From Phyllobates terribilis (Eukaryota): 64,000 nucleotides of DNA. Position numbers and translations under genes: made by a program. A model generated the notes under the pieces. The model did no database searches. It had not been told where the DNA came from and saw only the letters and a list, made by a program, of their open reading frames with translations. The stretch lies in NCBI RefSeq assembly GCF_046119375.1, contig NW_027362767.1, positions 137,206,001 through 137,270,000 of the forward strand, given 5' to 3'. Positions 1 to 11,092 of the stretch are shown here, in pieces. The first letter of the stretch is position 1. Each line of letters opens with the position of its first letter.

Positions 1-970
1 ATAAAAGGCAGGCCCACAATTACTTGAGGTAATTGATTATAATAATACACTAGATACACGATATACAACTAAATATACACAGGTATAAGGTCAGGCTAAA
101 CTATACAACAATGGAATACAACACACAGAATCACCACAGCATATCAGTTACCGGTTTCTTGATTTTCTTGTGACGCAGGGAGAGGATTCTGCGATCGCAG
201 GCACGGTTCTTTGTTACAGGCTGAGGCCTACCACCGCATGGTCAAACTGCTCCTCCCCTTGGTGGCCTCAGCTGGTGCTCAGATGTTCAGCACACCACTC
301 TTGGGTCAAGACTGACTTATCTCTTGTCTGTCCTGCTATCTTACCTGCCCCGTCCCGCCCACTGCTGGTGAGGTCAGCTGGCTCAGTCTCCACCCTCAGG
401 TCTAACTTCGATCAGAAGCCCAAATTCTAAGGAACCCAATAACTTCTTCTGGGATGGTCTCAGGATACCCACAGGGGTTCCCACGGATTCGGGCCGCCGT
501 AACCGACCTTTTGATATCAATTATGATACCATACGGTCCTCAGGAATGGCTCAGCGCTATATCTTGGCTTCCAGAGCACGTACAAACGTCTACCGCGGAG
601 GCTTGTGTGCGCAATGGCTCCGGGACGCCGTGATATTTTTTTATTGGCCCATCCCACGCAACATGCGTGTACTTTTCATGTTTCTATATCTTATGCCTCC
701 ATGCTTGTGACAGACAAAGAAACTAGTCCTATGGGACAAATGGTCAGTTACAGATGGACGAAGCACCCCCCCCTGCTGGCTGTGTTTCCTCTCGAAGTCT
801 TTGAAGCTCCTAGCATTCAAGTGTTAAGTAGGCTTCTTATCTTACAGGAGCCTGGATGGGGGGAAACTATCTAGTTTTAACAGAAGGTCCCAAGGGTGGG
901 GGCTGCTGAAGTGTGGCCATCCCTGGATATGATTTATCATTACCAAGATGGCGGCTACAGGTTCATCACA
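1..970 (-). mobile_element. Unrelated non-coding segment interrupting Gypsy pol, possibly an LTR of a second element
   Basis: Pol homology breaks at ~970, where the minus strand begins TGTGATG. No integrase-like ORF and no similarity to the 4575-5598 LTR. Confidence 0.35.
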
Positions 971-3216
971 CGGGCCATCCACCGCTGCTCTAGGGCACCA
1001 AGTCTAGCATTGTCCAGATGCGTTAACGGATTGTTGTCCATGTACACAGTGAACTTCGCAGAGTCCAGGTAATGCTTGAAACGCTCCGTTACGGCCCACA
1101 CCACTGCCAAGAATTCTAGCTTGAAAGAGCTGTAATTCTCCGGGTTTCTCACGGTGGGTCTCAGCTTCCGGCTGGCGTACGCGATCACCCTTTCTCTGCC
1201 CTGTTGGTTTTGTGATAGTACGGCTCCCAGCCCCACATTACTGGCGTCCGTGTGGAGGATAAAAGGCTGGCTATAATCCGGGTAGGCCAGGATCTCATCT
1301 CCTGTGAGGGCCATCTTCAACTGGCGGAAGGACTCCTCTTCCGGCTTGTCCCACTTGAAGGGTGGCTTTTGGCTTCTGGACTTATACTGTCCTATCAGGA
1401 GGTCCTGCATAGGGGCTGCCATCTTAGTGAACCCGGGGATGAACCTTCGGTAGTAGCCTACCAACCCGAGGAATTGCCTCACTTCTTTGATGTTAGAGGG
1501 GCTTGGCCAGCTCTTGATGGCTGTCACTTTGTCGGGGTCGGGGGCTACTCCCTCTGCACTCACCACGTGTCCTAGATACTGGACCTTTGGTTTCAACACG
1601 TGACACTTTGAAGGTTTCACCTTCAGGCCATAGCCTGCCAGGGCTTCGAACACCTCGGCCAGGTGCTTTAGATGGTCCTCGTAAGTCTTCGAATAGACAA
1701 TCACGTCGTCCAGGTAAAGTAGGACCGTCTCGAAGTTTCGGTGCCCTAGACAGCATTCCATCAGCCTCTGGAAGGTCCCTGGTGCGTTGCAGAGCCCGAA
1801 GGGCACACAGTTGAACTCGCTCAGTCCCATCGGGGTGGTGAAGGCGGTCTTCTCCTTGCCAGCCTCTGCCACAGGAACCTGCCAGTACCCGCTAGTAAGA
1901 TCCAAAGTAGAGAAGAAGTTAGCTGATTTTAGGGCTGCTAAAGACTCCTCTATCCTAGGTAGCGGATACGCGTCTTTATGGGTGATACGATTGACCTTTC
2001 TATAGTCCACGCACATTCTCATGGTACCGTCTTTCTTTTTTACCAAAACTAAGGGAGCTGCCCAGGGGTTACAGCTATCTCTAATGACCCCAGCTTCTTT
2101 CATTTCTCTTAGCATGCCCTTTTCGTTCTGATAATGTGCAGGGGGTACAGGTCTGTGCCTCTCTTTTATTGGTGGGTGGCTCCCCGTGGGGATGTGGTGT
2201 TCTATCCCTTTTACTCTGCCGAAGTCTAGCGGGTGCTTACTAAAAATTCTCTCGTACTCCTGAACCACCCGGTAGACTCCTTGTTTTTGGTGCAGGGGAG
2301 TGGAGTCAGCACCCACGTGGAGTTTCTGGCACCAGTCCTCCTTTTGTTTCTGGGAGCCATTACCCTCTGCCTGTGGAGATGGAGGCAAAGGTTCCACGGC
2401 CCTGATAGCTTTGTGTTCAACAGCAAACAGTTTGGCAAGTGTAGCGTACCTGGGTAAGTGTACCTCCCTCTCCCCAATGTTGAGAATGCGAACGGGCACC
2501 CTCCCATGACGGACATCAACCACCCCCCGGGCTGTCAAAATGGTGGGCCTGCTGTCTGAGTACACGGGTTCTACCATGGCTTGGTAGTCTCTACCTCTCA
2601 ACCCGATTGCTGTCCGACACCAGATCATCATTTCACTTTTGGGAGGCATGGAAATGGGGAATGGGTCACTCATTCTTACGCTACCGATCTCACCACCAGA
2701 CAGTTCTACCTGCTGCCGTCTCATCAGGGCTCTTATCTCTTTGTTGAGGACCCTCTGTTGGCTGGAACTAGCATTCATCGCCACCTGCTGCAAAATCATA
2801 ATTACTTCTGAAAGACAGTTTTCAATCACGTTAGTACCCACAGTTATTTTAGGGTGACTCTCACGACGATCAATGTCCACAATGATCACTCCCTGTGCCG
2901 GCAGTTCAACCTTACCAATCTTGATGGTCATCTCTCTGAACCCCACTTGCGGCACAGGTTGGCCATTGCTGGCGATGATGCTTAAGTCATCGTCTGGATA
3001 ACGAGTTATATCCGCGTCATTCCAGTACCGCTTGAAAAGTACGTAGGGGATGGTAGTCACTTGAGACCCGGTGTCCAGCAGTGCACTCATGGAGATACCG
3101 TCCAGCACTACGGGTAAGACCGGGCGTCCCCCCACGTACTTATCACGCCAATTAGACGGGCCTGATGACCTTATGCCTGGGGGTTGGCCCTCGGCCCCAG
3201 GTCGGGCCCATTTAAA
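955..3216 (-). CDS. Gypsy pol (protease-RT-RNase H), 3'-truncated
   Basis: Within ORF 955-3333: protease LLDTGSQV, RT motifs LPRIEE, FSTLDLTSGYWQV, PFGLCNAP and YLDDV, and RNase H FILHTDASNVGLGAVL. Start set at the predicted -1 frameshift site. Confidence 0.92.
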   Translation of the reverse strand, partial: FKWARPGAEGQPPGIRSSGPSNWRDKYVGGRPVLPVVLDGISMSALLDTGSQVTTIPYVLFKRYWNDADITRYPDDDLSIIASNGQPVPQVGFREMTIKIGKVELPAQGVIIVDIDRRESHPKITVGTNVIENCLSEVIMILQQVAMNASSSQQRVLNKEIRALMRRQQVELSGGEIGSVRMSDPFPISMPPKSEMMIWCRTAIGLRGRDYQAMVEPVYSDSRPTILTARGVVDVRHGRVPVRILNIGEREVHLPRYATLAKLFAVEHKAIRAVEPLPPSPQAEGNGSQKQKEDWCQKLHVGADSTPLHQKQGVYRVVQEYERIFSKHPLDFGRVKGIEHHIPTGSHPPIKERHRPVPPAHYQNEKGMLREMKEAGVIRDSCNPWAAPLVLVKKKDGTMRMCVDYRKVNRITHKDAYPLPRIEESLAALKSANFFSTLDLTSGYWQVPVAEAGKEKTAFTTPMGLSEFNCVPFGLCNAPGTFQRLMECCLGHRNFETVLLYLDDVIVYSKTYEDHLKHLAEVFEALAGYGLKVKPSKCHVLKPKVQYLGHVVSAEGVAPDPDKVTAIKSWPSPSNIKEVRQFLGLVGYYRRFIPGFTKMAAPMQDLLIGQYKSRSQKPPFKWDKPEEESFRQLKMALTGDEILAYPDYSQPFILHTDASNVGLGAVLSQNQQGRERVIAYASRKLRPTVRNPENYSSFKLEFLAVVWAVTERFKHYLDSAKFTVYMDNNPLTHLDNARLGALEQRWMARVMNL

Positions 3217-3229
3217 GTACAGTACCTTG

Positions 3230-4153
3230 CTATGTGTCCTGGCTGACTGCAATCGGCTGTCCATCCTCAGTGTAGCAGTCGGCGGGCCTCCCTCTGAACG
3301 GCGGGATCCTCCTTTGTCGACGCCACGGGACATCCTCCGGACTGGAAGCCAGCTTGATGGGTCCTGACGGGTCCACCTGTAACGACTGTACGGTCCTGGT
3401 CAATGCAGCAACACTTCTGGTTAGTTCCTGGACCTGATGGTGCAGGTCTGCAGGTGGGGATGGGCTTGAGACCTGCGCATCAGCCCCCACAAGGTCTGCA
3501 GGGTAGGGCCCCGCCCCTTGGTGGTAAGTAATGGCAGGGCGCCGGGAAGCTACAGCGCCACTTGGTGGGGGTTCTCGGAGCACCCGGATGGCCCTATCCT
3601 TGAACTGCGCAAAAGTCAAATCGGGGTTCTGTAGGGCCATGAGGCGCAACTGGGTCCTGTGGGCGCTGGACAGCAGACCTTCTATGAACTGGTCAGTCAA
3701 CAGTTTATCAGAGTCCTGCACGCTACCAGGGTCAGCTTGTTTGATAGCTCTCAGGGCTTCTTGCAGGTTCAAGGCATAGTCTCTGATACTATCCTGGGCT
3801 CGCTGCTTACAGCCATAGAACCGCATTTTAATTTCTGCTGAGGTACGGGTATCAAAGGTACTCCGCAGCCGGGTCAGAATGTCCTTTACTGTTCTTTTCT
3901 CTTCATCTGACCATGATTTCACTTCCCGCTGGGCTGCACCGGTGAGCTGCCCCGTCAGAATGCTCACTTTCTGTTCCTCTGTCAGGAGATAAACTTTAAA
4001 TAAACTGTGCAGTCTTTCCTTAAAGTCAGTTAATGTATGGGATTCCCCTGAGTATTGGGGCAGCCAGGCTGCTCCGGGGATGTAGGGCATGGAGAATGGC
4101 ATCACCGCTGCTGCAGCCACACTGGTGGTAGGGGGTCCCTCCGCATCCGTCAT
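3230..4153 (-). CDS. Gypsy gag (capsid-like), with a frameshifting deletion in the zinc knuckle
   Basis: 307-aa ORF between PBS and pol. The remainder of the knuckle (C-SQPG-H-IARY-C) lies in a shifted frame just past the lesion. Confidence 0.85.
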   Translation of the reverse strand: MTDAEGPPTTSVAAAAVMPFSMPYIPGAAWLPQYSGESHTLTDFKERLHSLFKVYLLTEEQKVSILTGQLTGAAQREVKSWSDEEKRTVKDILTRLRSTFDTRTSAEIKMRFYGCKQRAQDSIRDYALNLQEALRAIKQADPGSVQDSDKLLTDQFIEGLLSSAHRTQLRLMALQNPDLTFAQFKDRAIRVLREPPPSGAVASRRPAITYHQGAGPYPADLVGADAQVSSPSPPADLHHQVQELTRSVAALTRTVQSLQVDPSGPIKLASSPEDVPWRRQRRIPPFRGRPADCYTEDGQPIAVSQDT

Positions 4154-4551
4154 CTTCCTCCCCCCTAGTTAACCGTGGCCTACCTTCCGTTGATCCTCTT
4201 CCGTAGGCCGCTGCTCCGCTGGTGCTGCTCCGGGCGAGGACCTTGCGTCGCGTCCTGGTGACGTCAGCGTCGCTCTCTCTCCCTTTCAGGACCTTGCGCA
4301 GCGTCGGTGCGTAGGGCGGAGCTTCAGGTCTCGCGCGGTTTGGACGTCCACGCCCCTCTTCTTCCCGCGCGGCGTCCTGCAGATGGCGTCCGATAGTGGG
4401 AAAACGGCTGAAGATGGCGGGAAACTGCTAAAGATGGCGGGAGATGGCTGAAAATGGCGGGAAACGGCTCTGGATGGCGGGAAACCTCTTTTTAAGGTAC
4501 GTGTACAGTCTTTTTCAGGCACGCAATACCCATCTGTGGCGGGTTGGTCAC

Positions 4552-4570
4552 AATCCTGCTGACTACGCCA
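4552..4570 (-). other. Primer-binding site complementary to the tRNA-Ser 3' end
   Basis: Minus strand reads TGGCGTAGTCAGCAGGATT; tRNA-Ser(AGA/TGA) ends ...AATCCTGCCGACTACG-CCA. 18/19 match, and the mismatch is a CpG-to-TpG change. Confidence 0.85.
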
Positions 4571-4574
4571 AAGC

Positions 4575-5598
4575 TGACTCGCCCCCTGGGCTGTGGTGCA
4601 CTCGGAGCCGGGCAACAGGGCAATAATGGGGGTAGTAGTGGCAACCCGGTCCGTGGCTCAGGGTGGTCAGACCAAATGTTGTGGCAGTCTATTTGTAAGG
4701 TTTTAAATGTCCGACTACGCCACCCGTGGATTGCGGTCAGGGTTAACCGCCGCTGCAGTGCAGACCGCTGGGGCAGATGTAAATGTGCAGCACTGAATAG
4801 TACAACTCCCCACAGGAGGAGTATGGCCCCAGGGCAGTATATAGATGGATGATGGAGGGGATGATTCCGACCGCAATAGCCAGGAAACGGAGGCCTCTTA
4901 AACAGTTCAGGGTCTTTATTAGAACAGGTGAGACGACCCAAAAACAGTCCCGGCTAGGAGGGGGCCTGGATGTCTGAGAACAAGTGGGAAGCTGGCCCTG
5001 GTCAGGGTGAGGGTGTAGGCCTACCATATTCCCTGCGCTCTTTCTGGCTATTTCCCTCCTTGTGGTGTAACAGCCCACGTTCCTGAGCTCACCGTGTCTT
5101 CTCGCCCGTATCGCTTGCAATTTGGGTCCCTTTCTACTCTTGGCTTTGTGCAGCTCTGCTGGTCCCTTCTGCTGTGGCGGAACCTCCGTGCTTCTTAGGC
5201 CAAGGAACATACAATCCCCTGCGGACTGGTTATTTTCTGTAGGACTTGGAATCCTAACAGCCTCGGACACCAAAGTCCGGTAGTTCAGTTTCTCTCTCAG
5301 CCAGGACAGGCTTCCCTCGCCTTCCGTCCCTGGCTCGTGGCTCCTCTGCTGCCACTCGTCTTCCTCAGCCTCAGCTGAACGGGCTCTCCCTTCTCTGGGA
5401 CACCTCTCACTCCAGAGACAGGTCGTCCAGCTCTCTCTAACCCTGCCCCCAGCTCCAGCTTTTATAGGGGCAGCCTGCTCCCCCTACTGGCCTGGGACAG
5501 GAGGTGCTGCATGCTAATGGTCCCCTGACCAGAGAACCTCCCCCTTGCTCTCAGACACAGCTTTATTATACATTAGTGGCATCCAGGCCAGGGTGACA
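4575..5598 (-). repeat. 5' LTR of the Gypsy element
   Basis: Starts TGTCACCC and ends ...GGGGGCGAGTCA just before the PBS. TATAAAA at 5460-5466 and AATAAA at 4915-4920 (minus strand). Boundaries inferred without a second LTR. Confidence 0.65.
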
Positions 5599-5839
5599 AA
5601 CATATCCTTGATGGCCATCTTGATAAATTAGAAGAGAACATGGGAGCTTATTCAGAGGAGCAAGACGAGCGCTGTCACCAGGACATAATGAACGTTGAAC
5701 GCCATTACCAAGGACAGTATGACGAGAACGTGATGGGAGAGTAGATTTGAGGACTGATTTGTGAAAGTAATATACAATACAGTCACAAATCCAGAAAATA
5801 TAATCATTTTTGAGCTATTATTATTATATTATATTATAT

Positions 5840-8800
5840 AAGAAAAAAGCGATCAAGATCGCCCAAAAGAATGTTTCTTAATATAAAACACAAATTTTAT
5901 TGTATGAATATAAAATGCAAAATGCAATACACATGCTTGACAAGAATGGTGCAAATACATACACTATAAAAAATCCATCGTAATGTAGGACCGACGGGGT
6001 CCGTTCTGTGAGAATCACAACAGCTCAGTGGCCATGTGCACTGTCATTAAGTGACCCACCAAGCCATACTAGAGTCCAAGTAAATGTACAAGTATTTAAA
6101 GATGTCCAGGAAAATAATACTGGTCTTTAGTAAACTGTTTACTATAGACCAGTATTATTTACTATAGATCAGTATTATTTACTATAGACCAGTATTATTT
6201 ACTATAGACCAGTATTATTTACTATAGATCAGTATTATTTACTATAGATCAGTATTATTTACTATAGACCAGTATTATTTACTATAGATCAGTATTATTT
6301 ACTATAGATCAGTATTATTTACTATAGATCAGTATTATTTACTATAGATCAGTATTATTTACTATAGACCAGTATTATTTACTATAGACCAGTATTATTT
6401 ACTATAGATCAGTATTATTTACTATAGACCAGTATTATTTACTATAGATCAGTATTATTTACTATAGACCAGTATTATTTACTATAGATCAGTATTATTT
6501 ACTATAGACCAGTATTATTTACTATAGATCAGTATTATTTACTATAGACCAGTATTATTTACTATAGATCAGTATTATTTACTATAGATCAGTATTATTT
6601 ACTATAGACCAGTATTATTTACTATAGATCAGTATTATTTACTATAGACCAGTATTATTTACTATAGATCAGTATTATTTACTATAGATCAGTATTATTT
6701 ACTATAGACCAGTATTATTTACTATAGATCAGTATTATTTACTATAGACCAGTATTATTTACTATAGACCAGTATTATTTACTATAGATCAGTATTATTT
6801 ACTATAGACCAGTATTATTTACTATAGATCAGTATTATTTACTATAGACCAGTATTATTTACTATAGATCAGTATTATTTACTATAGATCAGTATTATTT
6901 ACTATAGATCAGTATTATTTACTATAGACCAGTATTATTTACTATAGACCAGTATTATTTACTATAGATCAGTATTATTTACTATAGACCAGTATTATTT
7001 ACTATAGATCAGTATTATTTACTATAGACCAGTATTATTTACTATAGATCAGTATTATTTACTATAGATCAGTATTATTTACTATAGACCAGTATTATTT
7101 ACTATAGACCAGTATTATTTACTATAGATCAGTATTATTTACTATAGACCAGTATTATTTACTATAGACCAGTATTATTTACTATAGATCAGTATTATTT
7201 ACTATAGACCAGTATTATTTACTATAGACCAGTATTATTTACTATAGACCAGTATTATTTACTATAGATCAGTATTATTTACTATAGACCAGTATTATTT
7301 ACTATAGATCAGTATTATTTACTATAGACCAGTATTATTTACTATAGACCAGTATTATTTACTATAGACCAGTATTATTTACTATAGATCAGTATTATTT
7401 ACTATAGACCAGTATTATTTACTATAGATCAGTATTATTTACTATAGACCAGTATTATTTACTATAGACCAGTATTATTTACTATAGACCAGTATTATTT
7501 ACTATAGATCAGTATTATTTACTATAGACCAGTATTATTTACTATAGATCAGTATTATTTACTATAGATCAGTATTATTTACTATAGACCAGTATTATTT
7601 ACTATAGATCAGTATTATTTACTATAGATCAGTATTATTTACTATAGACCAGTATTATTTACTATAGATCAGTATTATTTACTATAGACCAGTATTATTT
7701 ACTATAGACCAGTATTATTTACTATAGATCAGTATTATTTACTATAGACCAGTATTATTTACTATAGATCAGTATTATTTACTATAGATCAGTATTATTT
7801 ACTATAGACCAGTATTATTTACTATAGACCAGTATTATTTACTATAGATCAGTATTATTTACTATAGACCAGTATTATTTACTATAGACCAGTATTATTT
7901 ACTATAGACCAGTATTATTTACTATAGATCAGTATTATTTACTATAGACCAGTATTATTTACTATAGATCAGTATTATTTACTATAGACCAGTATTATTT
8001 ACTATAGACCAGTATTATTTACTATAGACCAGTATTATTTACTATAGATCAGTATTATTTACTATAGACCAGTATTATTTACTATAGATCAGTATTATTT
8101 ACTATAGATCAGTATTATTTACTATAGACCAGTATTATTTACTATAGATCAGTATTATTTACTATAGATCAGTATTATTTACTATAGACCAGTATTATTT
8201 ACTATAGATCAGTATTATTTACTATAGACCAGTATTATTTACTATAGACCAGTATTATTTACTATAGATCAGTATTATTTACTATAGACCAGTATTATTT
8301 ACTATAGACCAGTATTATTTACTATAGATCAGTATTATTTACTATAGACCAGTATTATTTACTATAGACCAGTATTATTTACTATAGATCAGTATTATTT
8401 ACTATAGATCAGTATTATTTACTATAGATCAGTATTATTTACTATAGATCAGTATTATTTACTATAGATCAGTATTATTTACTATAGACCAGTATTATTT
8501 ACTATAGACCAGTATTATTTACTATAGATCAGTATTATTTACTATAGACCAGTATTATTTACTATAGACCAGTATTATTTACTATAGATCAGTATTATTT
8601 ACTATAGACCAGTATTATTTACTATAGACCAGTATTATTTTCCTGGACATCTTTAAATACTTGTACATTTACTTGGACTCTAGTATGGCTTGGTGGGTCA
8701 CTTAATGACAGTGCACATGGCCACTGAGCTGTTGTGATTCTCACAGAACGGACCCCGTCGGTCCTACATTACGATGGATTTTTTATAGTGTATGTATTTG

Positions 8801-8912
8801 CACCATTCTTGTCAAGCATGTGTATTGCATTTTGCATTTTATATTCATACAATAAAATTTGTGTTTTATATTAAGAAACATTCTTTTGGGCGATCTTGAT
8901 CGCTTTTTTCTT
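5840..8912. repeat. 296-bp-arm near-perfect palindrome (centre T6136) with one arm interrupted by a 20-bp tandem array
   Basis: 5840-6135 is the reverse complement of 6137-6160 plus 8641-8912; one mismatch seen near the centre (6127/6145). Confidence 0.95.
6141..8640. repeat. 20-bp minisatellite ACTATAGA(C/T)CAGTATTATTT, 125 copies
   Basis: 2500 bp of exact 20-bp periodicity, with only a C/T dimorphism at unit position 9. Confidence 0.99.
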
Positions 8913-9674
8913 CTATGAGTCTTTATGGGTGGTGATTTACCCTTACTAGCATCCTCAGATGTGAGTTATCTAGTCTCATTTAATATGCACCAGTTGAGAA
9001 TGATAAGTATATTATTATATTCTATGCAGCAGTGGTAGAGTTTCAGAATAATTGCATTTGTAGTGAAATGTTGATTGTTTCTATGATAAAACACAAGTCA
9101 ATATTTCTTGTTTTATCTCAATAAATACAAAACTAGCGAAGACCATTGTCACAAGATCCAAGTCCATGAGGATTGTTGGTGATTTATTACCAGCTTTATA
9201 TGTGAGCAGTTAACCCGGGAACAAACCTTGGGTTCCATTTACCAGGTCATCTATTTGTTCCCATCACCTGCCAGCTGATTCCATCTACAGGCGGGGTGCA
9301 ATAATCTGCAGGATATATCACTGTGTCTGGCAAGGGGGTAGAGGAGCGATGTTCTGCAGAGAGTTCGGTGGTGTCATGCTCTGTATGACTAGTTGTCATA
9401 TTGTGCAGGGCACACAGGGGGCGCTGTGCCAGCGATGAGCTGTAATGGACACCTCCTCCGTGGAGTCTGGAATCACCCGATACTGTATGTAGGGGATAGA
9501 CCGATGTAGATAGATATTTCCGTCCACCTCCCCGTAGCTTTCTGCACAGGTTCTGTCTCTGGGGGGTGCACTTTGGGGGCACTGATTGATGACATTAGTC
9601 GGAGCAGTGTCGGACCCCCCGCAGGTCTCGCTGCTTTGGTCCTGTAAACAGCACACCCCATGAGGTCCCCTGTG

Positions 9675-9729
9675 ATTGGTGGCGGCTGCTGTCAGTCTCC
9701 CTGGCGTTGCCCGCCCTCCTCCTATAAAT
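9675..9729 (+). promoter_or_regulatory. Candidate core promoter of the RERG-like gene (reverse CCAAT box and TATA box)
   Basis: ATTGG at 9675-9679 and TATAAAT at 9723-9729, about 70 bp upstream of ATG 9798. Confidence 0.5.
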
Positions 9730-9797
9730 CTGCGCTCTCCGGCCGCCGGCTCACACTTCTCCTTCCTTCTCGTCTGCTGCCTGAGCCCGGATTACAA

Positions 9798-11092
9798 ATG
9801 GTGGTACAGCAGCTTCCCAGGATGACCGACTCCGGCCACCAGCAGCACAAGGCGCAAGCCAACATCCTGGTCCTGGGAGCCGAAAGCGTGGGCAAATCCG
9901 GTACGTGGCCATTATAAGAATTATAATTATAGGAATTATTGTACGGTCACTAGATGGCCAGCTCTTCTGACAAGTCCTTTCTTACCTCCGTCGTCTTCCT
10001 CTCTGCAGCTCTCACCGTTCGCTTCCTGACACGGAGGTTTATTGGAGAATACGTGGGCACAGGTGAGCGGGATTATAACCCAGGTGATAATAAAATGGAT
10101 TATAATGTATAGTCCTGGGGATATTATACTCACCCTCTATTATATATTACAGAGTCCATCTACACCCACCATGTCAGCCTGGACGGCAGAGAGACCTCCT
10201 TCAGCATCTGGGACTCCGTCTGCCCCGAGGTAACCACCCATTATACACCGTACCATAATAACTGCCCCTAGTCTGCAGACTATTACACCACTGACCTCTC
10301 TGCAGAACATCGCTCCTCCACCTCCTGACACATACATAGTGATATATCCTGCAGATTATTACACCACTGACCAGTCTGCAGAACATCGCTCCTCCACCTC
10401 CTGACAGATACATAGTGATATATTCTGCAGATTATTACAACACCGACATCTCTGCAGAACATCACTCCTCCACCTCTTGACAGATACATAGTGATATATC
10501 CTGCAGATTATTACACCACCGACATCTCTGCAGAACATCGCTCCTCCACCTCCTGACAGATATATCCTGCAGATGATTACACCTCTGCAGAACATCACTC
10601 CTTTGGTTTTTGCACTGTATTGGCTATGGCCCAGCTTTCCCGGGAGCAGATATCTGATCTCCTCCCCTCTCCCCGCAGAAGCCGAGCTTGCAGAGCTGTG
10701 TGAGCGAGGAGCAGCTGCGCTGGGCAGACGGTTTCATCCTCGTCTACAGCATCTGTGACAGTGACAGCTTCAATGTGGTGCGGCAGCTGCTCCAGCGAAT
10801 CCGCCAGCTGAAGAAGCGGCACAGCTCCGCGCCCGTCATCATCGTGGGCAACAAGCGGGACCTCCAGCACCGGCGTCAGATCTCCAGCGAGGAGGGCCGC
10901 CTTCTTGCCATTTCTTCGGACTGTGACTTTTTCGAGATCTCGGCAGCAGAGACCTACCATGGCTCCTTAGTGGTTTTCCATCAGCTGCTGGAGACAGTGA
11001 GGGTGAGCCGGACCTTGAGCAAGAAGAATGTGGGCATCAAGGGCATCGTGAGGAGCATGTCTGCTGTTTTCGGGAGAAGAAGGACCGAGTGA
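9798..11092 (+). CDS. RERG/RERGL-like Ras-family small GTPase, 4 coding exons, 215 aa
   Basis: Exons 9798-9900, 10009-10062, 10153-10229 and 10679-11092, all GT-AG and in frame. G1 GAESVGKS, effector region RRFIGEY, G4 NKRD, G5 EISA, no CAAX. AATAAA at ~11699. Confidence 0.9.
10262..10600. repeat. Degenerate ~60-76-bp tandem repeat in intron 3 of the GTPase gene
   Basis: Recurring ctgcagattattacacc...ctgcagaacatcgctcctccacctcctgacaga. Confidence 0.85.

Larger units (their letters stand above)
955..5598 (-). mobile_element. Ty3/Gypsy LTR retrotransposon: 5' LTR, gag and pol, truncated after RNase H (no integrase, no 3' LTR in window)
   Basis: LTR, tRNA-Ser PBS, gag and pol occur in the expected order on the minus strand. 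Pol stops at ...LEQRWMARVMNL*, where unrelated sequence begins (~970). Confidence 0.93.

Noticed and set aside
8718-8770. Hammerhead-like fold in the arm of the first palindrome (CTGA...TGTGA-TTC-TCACA-GAAC)
   Set aside because: The core departs too far from CUGANGA/GAAA to support.
9396-9661. Minus-strand ORFs with a plausible acceptor near 9640
   Set aside because: They overlap the GTPase promoter region and no frame gives a recognisable protein.
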